Positions 1 to 10,035 of a stretch of 64,000 nt of DNA are shown piece by piece; positions within the stretch are counted from its first letter, which is position 1, and each line of letters opens with the position of its first letter. Position numbers and translations under genes: made by a program. Under the pieces are notes generated by a model. The model saw only the letters and a list, made by a program, of their open reading frames with translations, did not search any database and was not told where the DNA came from. The DNA comes from Bacteroidota bacterium (lineage in GTDB: Bacteria > Bacteroidota > Bacteroidia > Chitinophagales > BACL12), in contig JAKQVC010000147.1 of NCBI GenBank assembly GCA_029571985.1, forward strand, positions 13,446 to 77,445, written 5' to 3'.

Positions 1-121
1 TTCTTACGCTTTGAATTTGAACCGGGTCCAGCACGTTATAAATCGTTGTATCTGCAGGCTGGGCAAAGATGGCCAGCGAAAAGAGCAGAACCGGTACTAA
101 TAATGTTATCCCTCTATTCAT
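1..121 (-). CDS. partial CDS (5' end only) for an exported protein; the rest lies left of the window
   Basis: Reverse complement of 1-121 reads MNRGITLLVPVLLFSLAIFAQPADTTIYNVLDPVQIQSVR. It has a hydrophobic core and an FAQ-type signal-peptidase motif. It is too short to appear in the ORF track. Confidence 0.45.
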   Translation of the reverse strand, partial: MNRGITLLVPVLLFSLAIFAQPADTTIYNVLDPVQIQSVR

Positions 122-384
122 GTTTCATCTTTAGGTTGGCAAAACTAAAGGGATTGCCTAGGTATATTAAGCCATTATTGTAAAAGTAAAGTTAATATGG
201 GTTTAACTGTTCAATATTGTAACCATGCTTTAGCTTTTTACGCTTTTTAGTGGTCCAAATGACAAGTATGTTAAGCCCAAGCAGCTTGTCTTCAACTGAC
301 AATTGCTGACTACTGAAGGGATTAGTTGCGGCATTTCATCCTCCTGGCTCCTCTGCAGGGTGTGTTTGTTGGATAGATACTTTG

Positions 385-392
385 TAATTTTG
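385..392 (+). promoter_or_regulatory. candidate Bacteroidota sigma-A -7 box (TAnnTTTG)
   Basis: TAATTTTG lies 15 nt upstream of the ATG at 407, with TTG triplets about 20 nt further upstream. It matches the published Bacteroidetes -7 consensus. Confidence 0.4.
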
Positions 393-406
393 ACAAAAAT
401 CAGGTT

Positions 407-2029
407 ATGCGAAGGTATATATTGGCTTTGCTTTGCGTTTCGCAGTTTGCTGTGCAGGCACAAACACCACCACAACAACCGAAATTAATTGTTGGCGTAG
501 TGGTAGATCAAATGGCTTATGAATTTTTGTATCGCTATATGCCACTTTATAAAGACCAGGGATTTAAAAGACTGGTAAAAGAGGGATATAGCTGTGAGAA
601 TACGCATTTTAATTATATACCAACTTATACCGGTCCGGGCCATGCAAGTGTGTATACCGGGTCAGTACCCGCATTAAATGGTATTGTTTCAAACGATTGG
701 TATAACGAACGTAGCGGCGCATCTGTTTATGTAACAGATGATTCTTCAGTTACTATGGTAGGAGGGAATGGTATCGGGAGTAAAATGTCACCCAAAAACA
801 TGGTGTCGACTACTATTACTGATATGCTGCAAATGAGCAATCAGTCTGCAAGCAAAGTTGTAGGCATTGCACTTAAAGACAGAGGAGCTATTTTACCTGC
901 GGGACACATGGCTGATGCTGCATATTGGTATGATGGTGCCAGTAATGCATGGGTTACCAGTTCTTATTACATGACAAGTACTCCGTCATGGGTGCAACAA
1001 TTTAATCAGGAGGAACGCGCGCAAAAAATGATGAATCGCAATTGGGAATTGTTATTGCCTGCATCCGTTTATACGGCTTCAACGGCAGATAGTGTGCCTT
1101 GGGAAACAGTATACGTGAATGAGCCGAATTCCGCATTTCCACATTATATGAATTTTAATGGCAGTAGTGAATCTATTAAAGGAACCCCTTTTGGCAATAC
1201 GCTAACGGCCCAATTTGCCATGGCCGCCATTAAAAATGAACAATTAGGTGCTGATGCAATTACGGATTTTTTATGCGTAAGTTTTTCATCAACTGATTAT
1301 GTTGGTCATGCCTATGGCCCACATAGCATGGAGGTTGAAGATACCTATCTCCGTCTCGATAAAGATTTAGGTGAATTGATATCCTATCTTGATACACAGG
1401 TTGGCAGAGAAAATTATGTTTTATTTCTCACGGCAGATCATGGCGTTTCGCCCACACCGCAATATATGCAGACTTTAGGTGTGCCTGCCGGTACAACTAC
1501 AGAACAAATTATGCTGGAACGCATGCAATCGGCATTGCGTAGTGCCTGGGGTGATAAGGTATGGATACGCGCGTATACCAACCAACAAATTTATTTAAAT
1601 GATGCCCTCCTGCAGGCTTCAGGAAAAACTATTGATGATGCCTATCAGGTATTATATCAGCCTTTAATGGATATGCCCGGGGTTTCCTATGTATTGCAAA
1701 TCAATGAACTCGCAACGTCCACCTTGAATGCTTCTATTAAAGAATTAGTCATTAATGGCATTTACCCTCAGCGAAGTGGCGATATTCAGATTCTGTATGA
1801 GCCTTATTGGTTTGAAGCCTATCGGCCTTCTGGAACTACACATGGTTCACATTTTTCTTACGACACGCATGTGCCTTTATTATTTTTTGGCTGGAAGATT
1901 AAACCGGGCACCTTACATCGAAATGTGTACATCACCGATATCGCTCCTACACTTGCAGATATATTGCGTATCTCTGAACCAAATGCCTGTATCGGTAATG
2001 TAATTCCAGAAGTGGCTGGTGTGCGCTAA
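407..2029 (+). CDS. pafA: alkaline phosphatase, PafA family (alkaline phosphatase / nucleotide pyrophosphatase superfamily)
   Basis: 540-aa ORF with a signal peptide. Contains KLIVGVVVDQMAYEFLYRY, TYTGPGHASVYTG and LTADHG motifs typical of PafA-like phosphatases. Confidence 0.8.
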   Translation: MRRYILALLCVSQFAVQAQTPPQQPKLIVGVVVDQMAYEFLYRYMPLYKDQGFKRLVKEGYSCENTHFNYIPTYTGPGHASVYTGSVPALNGIVSNDWYNERSGASVYVTDDSSVTMVGGNGIGSKMSPKNMVSTTITDMLQMSNQSASKVVGIALKDRGAILPAGHMADAAYWYDGASNAWVTSSYYMTSTPSWVQQFNQEERAQKMMNRNWELLLPASVYTASTADSVPWETVYVNEPNSAFPHYMNFNGSSESIKGTPFGNTLTAQFAMAAIKNEQLGADAITDFLCVSFSSTDYVGHAYGPHSMEVEDTYLRLDKDLGELISYLDTQVGRENYVLFLTADHGVSPTPQYMQTLGVPAGTTTEQIMLERMQSALRSAWGDKVWIRAYTNQQIYLNDALLQASGKTIDDAYQVLYQPLMDMPGVSYVLQINELATSTLNASIKELVINGIYPQRSGDIQILYEPYWFEAYRPSGTTHGSHFSYDTHVPLLFFGWKIKPGTLHRNVYITDIAPTLADILRISEPNACIGNVIPEVAGVR

Positions 2030-2057
2030 TTATTAAAAGCAACTTATTCGATTTATA

Positions 2058-4655
2058 ATGAAAAAGAAAATTGCATTCATCATTATTATTGGTACTATTC
2101 TCATCACATTTACCATTTTAGCTGTTGTATTTGTTTTGCAGAAAGATGATAGTAATTATCATAAATCCATGCCACCTGAGCCTACTGAGTATGGAAAAAT
2201 GCGGAAAGAGGAGGAGGGAAATAATTCGGAGCGACAAGCATTTTTTGATGCCATGCATAAGGCCGCACCCGGAACTAATTGGAGAAAGCGCGATGCGGAT
2301 TTGCGTTACGCACTCATGCAGCAACGTGCGCAACAATATCACCAACGTATCACCGGCGGTGAATGGGATACATTAGCAGATGGGGCTGTGATTGGCAAAT
2401 GGGATGAACTGGGTAGCTTCAATACAGCAGGTCGCATTTGGGCAACCGAAGTTGATTTTGATGATGAACTTATTTACGCTTTTTCAGATGGAGGTAATTT
2501 ATGGAAGGGCGATCTGGATGGCTCCAACTGGAGTGTAATCAACGACCATTTTAAAATAGGCGGAACGCATTTTCTGCGTAAGGTGGATGATCGTCTTATT
2601 GTAGGCACCAGTCAATGGGGCGGACAAGGGATTTATTTTACAGATAATGAGGGAGTTGACTGGACGATGACAACAGGTATGGAAAATGTGACTGCATGGG
2701 GATACGTGTTTGATGTAGAAATGCTCAATGATGCATCGCATACGATGTATGCTTTAGCTTTGGAATGGGATTATACTAACTGGTGGGATATCATCAGCTT
2801 ATATAAATCTACAGATCTCGGTGTTTCATTTAGTAAAATTACATCCTGGGATGTGCCAACTTACGGAGGTGCCAACAATTTTGTGATGTGGAGTCCTCCT
2901 TATGGTTCAGCTAATTGTTTTCTGATTGAAAATAATCATACCTATGCCCTGGATGCAGCCGGCATGCCACAAGCGTTAGGTGATTTACCACTCACCGAGG
3001 AAGGCGATATCATGTTATGTGGTTACGAAAATGCGGGTAATACCACCCTGTATGCAGCGCAGGTAAATTATGTTGATTATACAACTGATTTTTATCGCTC
3101 AACAGATGCTGGCCTTTCATGGGTGTTAACCGGCAATGTGGCTGAAGGCAATTTTAGTAAAAATAGTTTCAACTGCTCGCAACAAATGGCCGGTTATCTG
3201 TATTACGGTGGCGTAGATACTTACAGAAGTTTTTCCGGTGGCGATACATGGACCCGCAATAATTACTGGTGGGAATATTATGATGATATCGAAAGCAATA
3301 TGCATGCAGATATACCTTTCATAAGGTCATTCATCAATCCGGATACGGATCAGGAAATTGTATTAATTAGTACTGATGGCGGATTGTATGTAACCAATGA
3401 TTATGGGCTCATTTGGAGTAATCTTACCAATGAAGGTATGCGCAATGCCCAATATTATGATGTATATACCTATAGATGGCTTACGGATATTATGTTTGCC
3501 GGAGCTCAGGATCAGGGTTACCAACGCAGTAGCTATACTGTTGGCGATGATTATTATTTTGATCAGCTGATCAGTGGCGATTATGGACATATTGTATCCA
3601 GAAGCGGAGGCGATCACCTCTGGTGTGTGTATCCTGGATTTGCGATGTATATTAATGATGCGTCAGGTAGCAGTGATATGTCATTCTGGGATTTTCAAGG
3701 ATACGGTCACCTGTGGATGGCACCTATCATGGCCGACCCATTTGAAGATGATATTGCCTGGTGGGGTGGTGGATCTGATGCAGGTGGTGCCTATTTATGG
3801 CGTCTCGATAAAAATCCGGGCTCAATAGATGCTGTTAAACAGGCGAAGAATTTTTCTGTTGCCGGCGGTGGTTCGATAAGTGCAATTACTTATTCGCCAG
3901 TTGATCCTAATCATTGGTATTTGCTTACCAGCAGTGGTAATTTTTATCATTCGGATGATGCCGGATTAACATGGGACCTCAGTTCAGGATTTAATGGTCC
4001 GGATTCACATTATTTTTATGGCTCTGCGATTGTAGCTTCCGAAGCACAATCAGGTGTGGTATATATAGGTGGTTCAGGATATGATAATGCACCGGTATAT
4101 GTTTCCTATGATCACGGAGCAACATTTGCAGCTCTTGACGATGGCCTGCCTGGCACACTAGTGTATGACCTGGCCGTTACCGAAGATGATAGTTTGCTTT
4201 TTGCCGCCACAGAAGTTGCGCCATATGTATGTGTATTGGCGGAAGGAAAATGGTACAACCTGGCAGAAAATGATGCACCCTTACAAACTTATTGGAGTGT
4301 AGATTATGTAAAAGAAATTCATGCAGTACGTTTTGGCACTTACGGTCGCGGCACATGGGAGTTTTCCTTGTATAATGAACCTGCTTCCGGAATCCCCGAT
4401 CAATCCGAAGTTTTGACTTTATCGGTTTACCCTAATCCGGCTACTGAAGTCATTTCCTTATCATCACCCGTATTTTTACCTGATGCAAGTATTCAGGTGT
4501 TTGATATGGATGGCAAATTAGTGCTCACAAAAAATGCTGCATTAAATAAACAGATACCATACACGCTACCGGTCCAATCACTCGAATCCGGCTCCTATAT
4601 GATGGTGGTGCAACAAGGCCAATATAAGTTTACCAAGCACTTTGTATGTATTTAA
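2058..4655 (+). CDS. BNR/Asp-box repeat beta-propeller protein (sortilin/GH74-like) with T9SS type A C-terminal sorting domain
   Basis: 865 aa with an N-terminal TM/signal segment. Repeated SxDxGxxW/F boxes (STDLGVSF, STDAGLSW, SGGDTW, SDDAGLTW, SYDHGATF). C-terminus LSVYPNPATEVISL... Confidence 0.7.
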   Translation: MKKKIAFIIIIGTILITFTILAVVFVLQKDDSNYHKSMPPEPTEYGKMRKEEEGNNSERQAFFDAMHKAAPGTNWRKRDADLRYALMQQRAQQYHQRITGGEWDTLADGAVIGKWDELGSFNTAGRIWATEVDFDDELIYAFSDGGNLWKGDLDGSNWSVINDHFKIGGTHFLRKVDDRLIVGTSQWGGQGIYFTDNEGVDWTMTTGMENVTAWGYVFDVEMLNDASHTMYALALEWDYTNWWDIISLYKSTDLGVSFSKITSWDVPTYGGANNFVMWSPPYGSANCFLIENNHTYALDAAGMPQALGDLPLTEEGDIMLCGYENAGNTTLYAAQVNYVDYTTDFYRSTDAGLSWVLTGNVAEGNFSKNSFNCSQQMAGYLYYGGVDTYRSFSGGDTWTRNNYWWEYYDDIESNMHADIPFIRSFINPDTDQEIVLISTDGGLYVTNDYGLIWSNLTNEGMRNAQYYDVYTYRWLTDIMFAGAQDQGYQRSSYTVGDDYYFDQLISGDYGHIVSRSGGDHLWCVYPGFAMYINDASGSSDMSFWDFQGYGHLWMAPIMADPFEDDIAWWGGGSDAGGAYLWRLDKNPGSIDAVKQAKNFSVAGGGSISAITYSPVDPNHWYLLTSSGNFYHSDDAGLTWDLSSGFNGPDSHYFYGSAIVASEAQSGVVYIGGSGYDNAPVYVSYDHGATFAALDDGLPGTLVYDLAVTEDDSLLFAATEVAPYVCVLAEGKWYNLAENDAPLQTYWSVDYVKEIHAVRFGTYGRGTWEFSLYNEPASGIPDQSEVLTLSVYPNPATEVISLSSPVFLPDASIQVFDMDGKLVLTKNAALNKQIPYTLPVQSLESGSYMMVVQQGQYKFTKHFVCI

Positions 4656-4721
4656 TGTATGCAAACCCTAAGTCAGCTTGCTTAAATGCCAGTTGAATGT
4701 TATTGTAAAATAATAGCCCAT

Positions 4722-4751
4722 AAAAAAAGGTCACCAAATCGGTGACCTTTT
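4722..4751. terminator. bidirectional rho-independent terminator between convergent genes
   Basis: AAAAAAAGGTCACC-aaat-cGGTGACCTTTTTT: a GC stem with an A-run on one side and a T-run on the other. Confidence 0.65.
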
Positions 4752-4769
4752 TTATGCTTAGTGAGTTTG

Positions 4770-6341
4770 TTATTGTTTTTCAAAGAGTGAAATACCGCCA
4801 GACTGTTGTCCGCGAATTTCGATAGTATACATACCTGATGACAATGCAGAAATATCGAATGTTGCTGTTTGATCAGCACATACCGATTGCATAACCGCTG
4901 CACCGCGTAAATCTCTTACAATAGCGATTGCACCTGGTTCCACGCCACTTACCTGGATAGCATCTGTTGCAGGATTTGGCGATACTTGTAAATCAAGCGT
5001 AAATTGGTTGATGTCTACATTACCGATAGCTACTTCGCGGCAATATTCACTTTCGCAGCCAAAAGCATTTGTAGAAGTTACACATACTAAGTAGTAACCA
5101 TCAGCAGCGTATGTGTGCACAGGATTTAATTCAGTGCTGGTTTGGCCATCACCAAAATTCCAGGTGGCACTAACGGCTGCTCCTGATGTTTCAGTAAAGG
5201 AAGCTGTTAATTCAGCAATAGTAGCATCGAAATCTGCAGAAGCAGCTTCGTCGTTAATCAACATGGTTAATGTATCATACACAAAACCAGACTGAGGATT
5301 GTAGAGATACAATACCACGCTTTCAGTTACTTCATCAACGCCGTCGAAAATAGGGTTAATATAAATGTATCCAACACTATCCCACGCAGGAATAGTTAAT
5401 TGCTCTGTGATTGTTTCATAATCAATTCCGTTATCAGCTGAACCGGCAATATGATAGTCAATCACTAATGGTTCGGCGCAAGGAATTTCGTTGATGATTT
5501 TAAAATAACCATCTGCACATTTTTCAACTGCAAAGCTTAACCCATTGTCTGCCAACGTTTCATGATGCATGCGTAAGCTGCCGAGGCTTCCTGTTTCGAG
5601 GAAAACACCTGAGTCTAAAATACCATCACTCGCATCGGCGATAGCCATTTTCATATGATACGTTTCCCCGGCTGTTACCGGAATGGTGGCTAATAAAACA
5701 GTAGTTAAACCGTCGTATTGGATATAATAATCATCTGTACTATAAGGTGCAGCATAACCATCACCATTGTCAATGTAGTAATCAGCGTTAGCTATATTAT
5801 TAATGTTGTTAATAGTAACAGGTAAATCTGTTCCAGGTACAACGGCAATATTTGTTGGCGTTGGTATATCCGGACCGCTTACCCAAAATGCAAATACGTC
5901 ATTAAATCCCGAAAAAGTATATTCGAGGTATTCTTCTGATGCAAATACATAATTTAATTTTAAGGTATCTGCCATTACAGCCATATCGAACTCAATGATA
6001 CAAGCGTCGTAAGTTGTCCAGTCGGTAAGTGCATCTAAATCTGTATCGCCCGGATAATAGTTATAGCCTGATGCGCCGCCCAGGTTATTAGGGCCTTGTG
6101 CATTCCCGTATAATCCGCTCGACAGTAATATGCCGTTCTCGATGCCAACATTGGCGTCGGTAGCGTTAAAAAAGGAGGAAGCATCAGGAGAGCAGTTTCG
6201 CTCAATATTAGACACTACTATACCAGGACCGGCTAGTGAATACACAAAAACCGTGTCGTTTGATTCTGGGGTGATTACCAACTGCGACCATCCGCTTTTA
6301 GCGCAAGTGGCAATCGTGAGGAGGAGTAATAATTTCTTCAT
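4770..6341 (-). CDS. choice-of-anchor L domain protein with Calx-beta-like and PKD domains and T9SS type A CTD
   Basis: ORF 4770..6380; the likely start is MKKLLLLL at 6341. Contains GILLSSG...GDTDL...YVFASEEYLEY...NDVFAFWVSG (choice-of-anchor L), WNFGDGQTS..NPVHTY (PKD), and LQVSPNPATDAIQV (CTD). Confidence 0.75.
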   Translation of the reverse strand: MKKLLLLLTIATCAKSGWSQLVITPESNDTVFVYSLAGPGIVVSNIERNCSPDASSFFNATDANVGIENGILLSSGLYGNAQGPNNLGGASGYNYYPGDTDLDALTDWTTYDACIIEFDMAVMADTLKLNYVFASEEYLEYTFSGFNDVFAFWVSGPDIPTPTNIAVVPGTDLPVTINNINNIANADYYIDNGDGYAAPYSTDDYYIQYDGLTTVLLATIPVTAGETYHMKMAIADASDGILDSGVFLETGSLGSLRMHHETLADNGLSFAVEKCADGYFKIINEIPCAEPLVIDYHIAGSADNGIDYETITEQLTIPAWDSVGYIYINPIFDGVDEVTESVVLYLYNPQSGFVYDTLTMLINDEAASADFDATIAELTASFTETSGAAVSATWNFGDGQTSTELNPVHTYAADGYYLVCVTSTNAFGCESEYCREVAIGNVDINQFTLDLQVSPNPATDAIQVSGVEPGAIAIVRDLRGAAVMQSVCADQTATFDISALSSGMYTIEIRGQQSGGISLFEKQ

Positions 6342-6412
6342 AAAAACATGTTTAGTCTTTAAAAATACGCTTTTTGTCACAAACGAGCCGTTTTTTTTCG
6401 AATTTTAACCTT

Positions 6413-7123
6413 ATGAGCGGCTTTGCATTTAAGCAATTTACAATCCATCAGGAGGGTGTGGCCATGAAAGTAGGGGTTGATGGTGTTATGCTGGGTGCCT
6501 GGGCTTCGGGACCGGAACAGGTTGGCCGGATATTGGATATTGGCACCGGAACAGGTGTGATTGCCCTCATGCTGGCACAACGGTTTATACAAGCATCGGT
6601 TATGGGTGTGGAAGTGAATCCAGCTGCAGCATGCGGCGCATCTGATAACATCGCTCGGAGTAAATGGCACGACAGGATTGAAATCGTGTGTGCCGATATT
6701 GCCGATTTTGTCCAGCATCCGACAGCGCAGTTCGATATAATAGCAAGTAATCCACCTTACTTTACTGACGGATTTCCTGTAGCCGACACCGGTCGAAAAT
6801 GGGCAAGGGATACCCAATCACTTCCGCATATGGTTTTAGCAACGGTCATGTATCACCTGCTGGCACCTGCGGGTATAGCTTCTGTAATCCTTCCGGTGCA
6901 GGAAGGTGAACAGTTTATTCAAATCATGCAACAACAGCAATTGTTCTTACATAAACATACACGGGTTGTAACCAAGGCGGGGAAACAATCAAAACGCAGC
7001 TTGCTGGCCTTCGGAAAAACACAGGTGCCTGTCGCAGAAGATGAAATAATGATTCATGAAGCTTCCGGTGAATTTTCATCTGCATATCGAAAGCTGACAG
7101 GTGATTTTTATCTGGCATTCTGA
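6413..7123 (+). CDS. trmN6: tRNA1(Val) (adenine37-N6)-methyltransferase (YfiC/TrmN6 family)
   Basis: FKQFTIHQEGVAMKVGVDGVMLGAW N-terminus, SAM motif ILDIGTGTGVIALMLAQR, and catalytic NPPYF. I chose the ATG at 6413; the track ORF starts at a TTG at 6374. Confidence 0.75.
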   Translation: MSGFAFKQFTIHQEGVAMKVGVDGVMLGAWASGPEQVGRILDIGTGTGVIALMLAQRFIQASVMGVEVNPAAACGASDNIARSKWHDRIEIVCADIADFVQHPTAQFDIIASNPPYFTDGFPVADTGRKWARDTQSLPHMVLATVMYHLLAPAGIASVILPVQEGEQFIQIMQQQQLFLHKHTRVVTKAGKQSKRSLLAFGKTQVPVAEDEIMIHEASGEFSSAYRKLTGDFYLAF

Positions 7124-7162
7124 TGATCCGGCCTGAGAGCATCCGGATTACTGAATAAAACA

Positions 7163-7193
7163 AAATAAAAAAGGCTGCGTTTGCCGCGCAGCC
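7163..7193 (-). terminator. rho-independent terminator of the acidic-protein gene
   Basis: On the minus strand, AGGCTGCG-cggcaaa-CGCAGCC is followed by TTTTTTATTTT. Confidence 0.5.
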
Positions 7194-7228
7194 TCAGTGA
7201 TATTGAGAAACACTGTTTTGGTTATCAG

Positions 7229-7744
7229 TTAATACCTGTCGTCAATGTCGCCATCGTCAAAGTTATAACTATCCTCTTCACCATATTCATCAGCGTAATC
7301 GTCTATAAGGTCTTCATCATCTAAATCATCCTCATCTTCATCGTCTTTTGCATCATCCTCTTCCTCGTCCTTGAATTGTTCGTATTCGTGTTTTGATTCG
7401 TTGAAATACTCGTCGTTCTCATCCTTTTCATCAAAGTCGAATTCGTCTTTGAAATCTTTATCATTGAACTGACGGAATTCTTCAAATTCATCAGCGATTT
7501 CATTCAGGTCGTCATCACTGTTTTTATTTGCGCCTTCCTCGTCGTCATCGTCACCTGTCTTTGCAAAAGGGACATTGTCCAGACCACGGAATTTCTTATC
7601 ATCCACATTTTTATTCAGAAATGTATTCAATTTATCAATATTGGTATTTGAGGTAATCTCACCAAATTCGTTGATGTCCATTTCGAATCCGTCAAGTTCT
7701 TTATGCACTTCCGGCTTGCCTTGTAATGGTTTCTTCTTAGGCAT
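7229..7744 (-). CDS. hypothetical, extremely acidic (Asp/Glu-rich) protein
   Basis: 171-aa ORF located 15 nt downstream of gltX on the same strand. The C-terminal two thirds are dominated by D/E runs (DDEDEDDLDDEDLIDDYADEYGEEDSYNFDDGDIDD). I recognise no motif. Confidence 0.55.
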   Translation of the reverse strand: MPKKKPLQGKPEVHKELDGFEMDINEFGEITSNTNIDKLNTFLNKNVDDKKFRGLDNVPFAKTGDDDDEEGANKNSDDDLNEIADEFEEFRQFNDKDFKDEFDFDEKDENDEYFNESKHEYEQFKDEEEDDAKDDEDEDDLDDEDLIDDYADEYGEEDSYNFDDGDIDDRY

Positions 7745-7759
7745 AGGGTAGTCGAATTT

Positions 7760-9292
7760 TCACTGAAAGTTATTAAATTTTTCTAATGCTTTTTGCAAGC
7801 GGTCGACAGAATTTTTTTTACCGAGCACATCCATCATTGCAAAAACAGGGGGGCCTTGCAGTACGCCGGCCAAAGCTATACGCAGCAGTGGCATGATTTC
7901 TCCCATCCCTATATTATGCTCCTTCATGGTGTCCTTAACAATTGCCTCGATCGAATGCTCCGTAAAATTATCGATTGATTTGATTTTCTCAATCAAAAGT
8001 AGAAAAAATTCCTGCTTTTCGGGTTTCCATTTTTTTCGGATCGTATCCTCGTCGTACGACTCGATGTCGCCAAAGAAATAGGTGCCAAGTTCATACAGGT
8101 CCGGAATGAAAACAGCCCTGTCTTTCATGGCATTGCAAACTTTTGTCAGGTAGTCGGCATCCACCTCAACCCCTTTGGTTTCCAGATAGGGCTTGAGCAT
8201 GCCGGCCAGTTCCTCGCCCGACTTCAGGCGCATATGCTGCTGGTTGAACCACTTGGCTTTTTCCGGGTCAAAGCGCGCACCCGATTTTCCGATTCGCTCA
8301 AAACTAAATGCTGCAATCAGTTCATCGTGCGTAAAAATCTCTTGGTCGGTGCCGGGATTCCACCCGAGAAATGCCAAAAAATTAATATACGCTTCAGGTA
8401 AAAATCCTTTTTCTTTTAAGCCGGAAATTTGTTGTTCAGGCCAACTTAACGAATATAAAGGGAAGCCATACTTATCCCCGTCGCGCTTACTCAGCTTGCC
8501 ATTACCCTCCGGTTTTAAGATTAAGGGTAAATGTGCAAATGAAGGCATCACATCCTCCCAGCCAAACATTTTATAGGTCATCACGTGTGTAGGCGCACTT
8601 GGCAACCATTCTTCACCTCTAACCACATGTGTAATCTGCATCAGGTAATCGTCAACCACATTGGCTAAATGGTAGGTTGGCATACCATCACTTTTGAATA
8701 ACACTTTGTCATCCAGTTGTGATGAATTAAAACTTACCCATCCGCGTATCAGGTCGTGGAATTTCACTTCTTCATTGCGGGGCATTTTAATACGAATAAC
8801 ATAAGGTTCGCCATTTGCAAGGCGCCGCTCAACTTCATCTCTCGAAAGTGAAACGGAATTCTTCATATACTGTCGGGTAATATGATCATAGGCCGGGGAA
8901 GGATTGCCCTGTTCCATCATCCGGTTGCGCATGGCTTCTAACTCTTCAGGCGTGTCAAACGCATAATATGCATGGCCCTTTTCGATAAGTTCCATGGCAT
9001 ATTTTTTATATATATCCTTGCGTTCACTTTGGCGATAGGGAGCAAATGGTCCACCAACATGCACACCTTCATCAAAAGTGATTCCGGCCCAGGCACAACT
9101 GTTAATGACATATTCCTCCGCTCCCGGAACGTATCGGGCCTGGTCAGTATCCTCAATACGCAAAACCAGTTTACCACCTGTTTTTTTGACAAACAGGTAA
9201 TTATATAATGCTGTGCGTATTCCCCCCAAATGTTGTGCACCAGTTGGACTGGGTGCATAACGCAATCGAATCGGTCTCTCCATATTGTGCAA
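7760..9292 (-). CDS. gltX: glutamate--tRNA ligase
   Basis: RLRYAPSPTGAQHLGGIRTALYNY (HIGH region) and GKLSKRDG (KMSKS region). 510 aa. The start could instead be the second Met, at 9283. Confidence 0.95.
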   Translation of the reverse strand: MHNMERPIRLRYAPSPTGAQHLGGIRTALYNYLFVKKTGGKLVLRIEDTDQARYVPGAEEYVINSCAWAGITFDEGVHVGGPFAPYRQSERKDIYKKYAMELIEKGHAYYAFDTPEELEAMRNRMMEQGNPSPAYDHITRQYMKNSVSLSRDEVERRLANGEPYVIRIKMPRNEEVKFHDLIRGWVSFNSSQLDDKVLFKSDGMPTYHLANVVDDYLMQITHVVRGEEWLPSAPTHVMTYKMFGWEDVMPSFAHLPLILKPEGNGKLSKRDGDKYGFPLYSLSWPEQQISGLKEKGFLPEAYINFLAFLGWNPGTDQEIFTHDELIAAFSFERIGKSGARFDPEKAKWFNQQHMRLKSGEELAGMLKPYLETKGVEVDADYLTKVCNAMKDRAVFIPDLYELGTYFFGDIESYDEDTIRKKWKPEKQEFFLLLIEKIKSIDNFTEHSIEAIVKDTMKEHNIGMGEIMPLLRIALAGVLQGPPVFAMMDVLGKKNSVDRLQKALEKFNNFQ

Positions 9293-9373
9293 ATGTGGTG
9301 CAAAGTTAAACCGCTTGCGAGAATTCAGCTAATGCCAACGGTTTTTGTTGCATGCCATCCGTATAAATCGCCG

Positions 9374-9381
9374 TATTTTTG
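9374..9381 (+). promoter_or_regulatory. candidate -7 box (TAnnTTTG)
   Basis: TATTTTTG lies 6 nt upstream of the ATG at 9388, which implies a very short leader. Confidence 0.35.
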
Positions 9382-9387
9382 TAAGTC

Positions 9388-10035
9388 ATGTATTTCGTCA
9401 AAACACCCTGGTATCTCAAATCGGTGTATCCCAGTCTGGTATGGGACCTGCCGAAAACAGATACTTTGTATCTCACTTTTGATGATGGACCTGTTCCGGG
9501 TGTTACAGATATTATTTTAGATATCTTGGCCGGGTATCAGGCTAAAGCAACTTTTTTTTGTATCGGCGATAACATTCGAAAGCATCCGGATTTATTCCGG
9601 CGTATTTCGCAAGAAGGGCATGCCATAGGCAATCATACGTATCATCATGTAAATGGCTGGCGAACCGACCTGAATACCTATTTGGATGAAGTGGTAAACT
9701 GCGAAGCACTTGTACAAACAAAATTATTCCGGCCACCATATGGTCGTATTAGTTTTCAGCAAATTCAGGAATTAAAAAAAGAGTTTTCAATTGTAATGTG
9801 GGATGTGTTGAGTGGCGATTTTGATACTACACTGCATGCGGATACTTGTGTACAACATGTCGTTGAACATGCAGTTGGCGGCAGCATCGTTGTTTTTCAC
9901 GATAGTTTGAAAGCATCTGAACGCGTACTGCCTGCACTGCCTGCCGTATTAAAACATTTTGCTGACAAGGGCTTTTCGTTTCGTGCATTGCCATACGATG
10001 GAACAGCTTTGCCAAAAGGGTTACATCTGGATTAA
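9388..10035 (+). CDS. polysaccharide deacetylase family protein (NodB-type)
   Basis: LTFDDGP, GNHTYHH and RPPYG motifs of the NodB homology domain. Confidence 0.8.
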   Translation: MYFVKTPWYLKSVYPSLVWDLPKTDTLYLTFDDGPVPGVTDIILDILAGYQAKATFFCIGDNIRKHPDLFRRISQEGHAIGNHTYHHVNGWRTDLNTYLDEVVNCEALVQTKLFRPPYGRISFQQIQELKKEFSIVMWDVLSGDFDTTLHADTCVQHVVEHAVGGSIVVFHDSLKASERVLPALPAVLKHFADKGFSFRALPYDGTALPKGLHLD

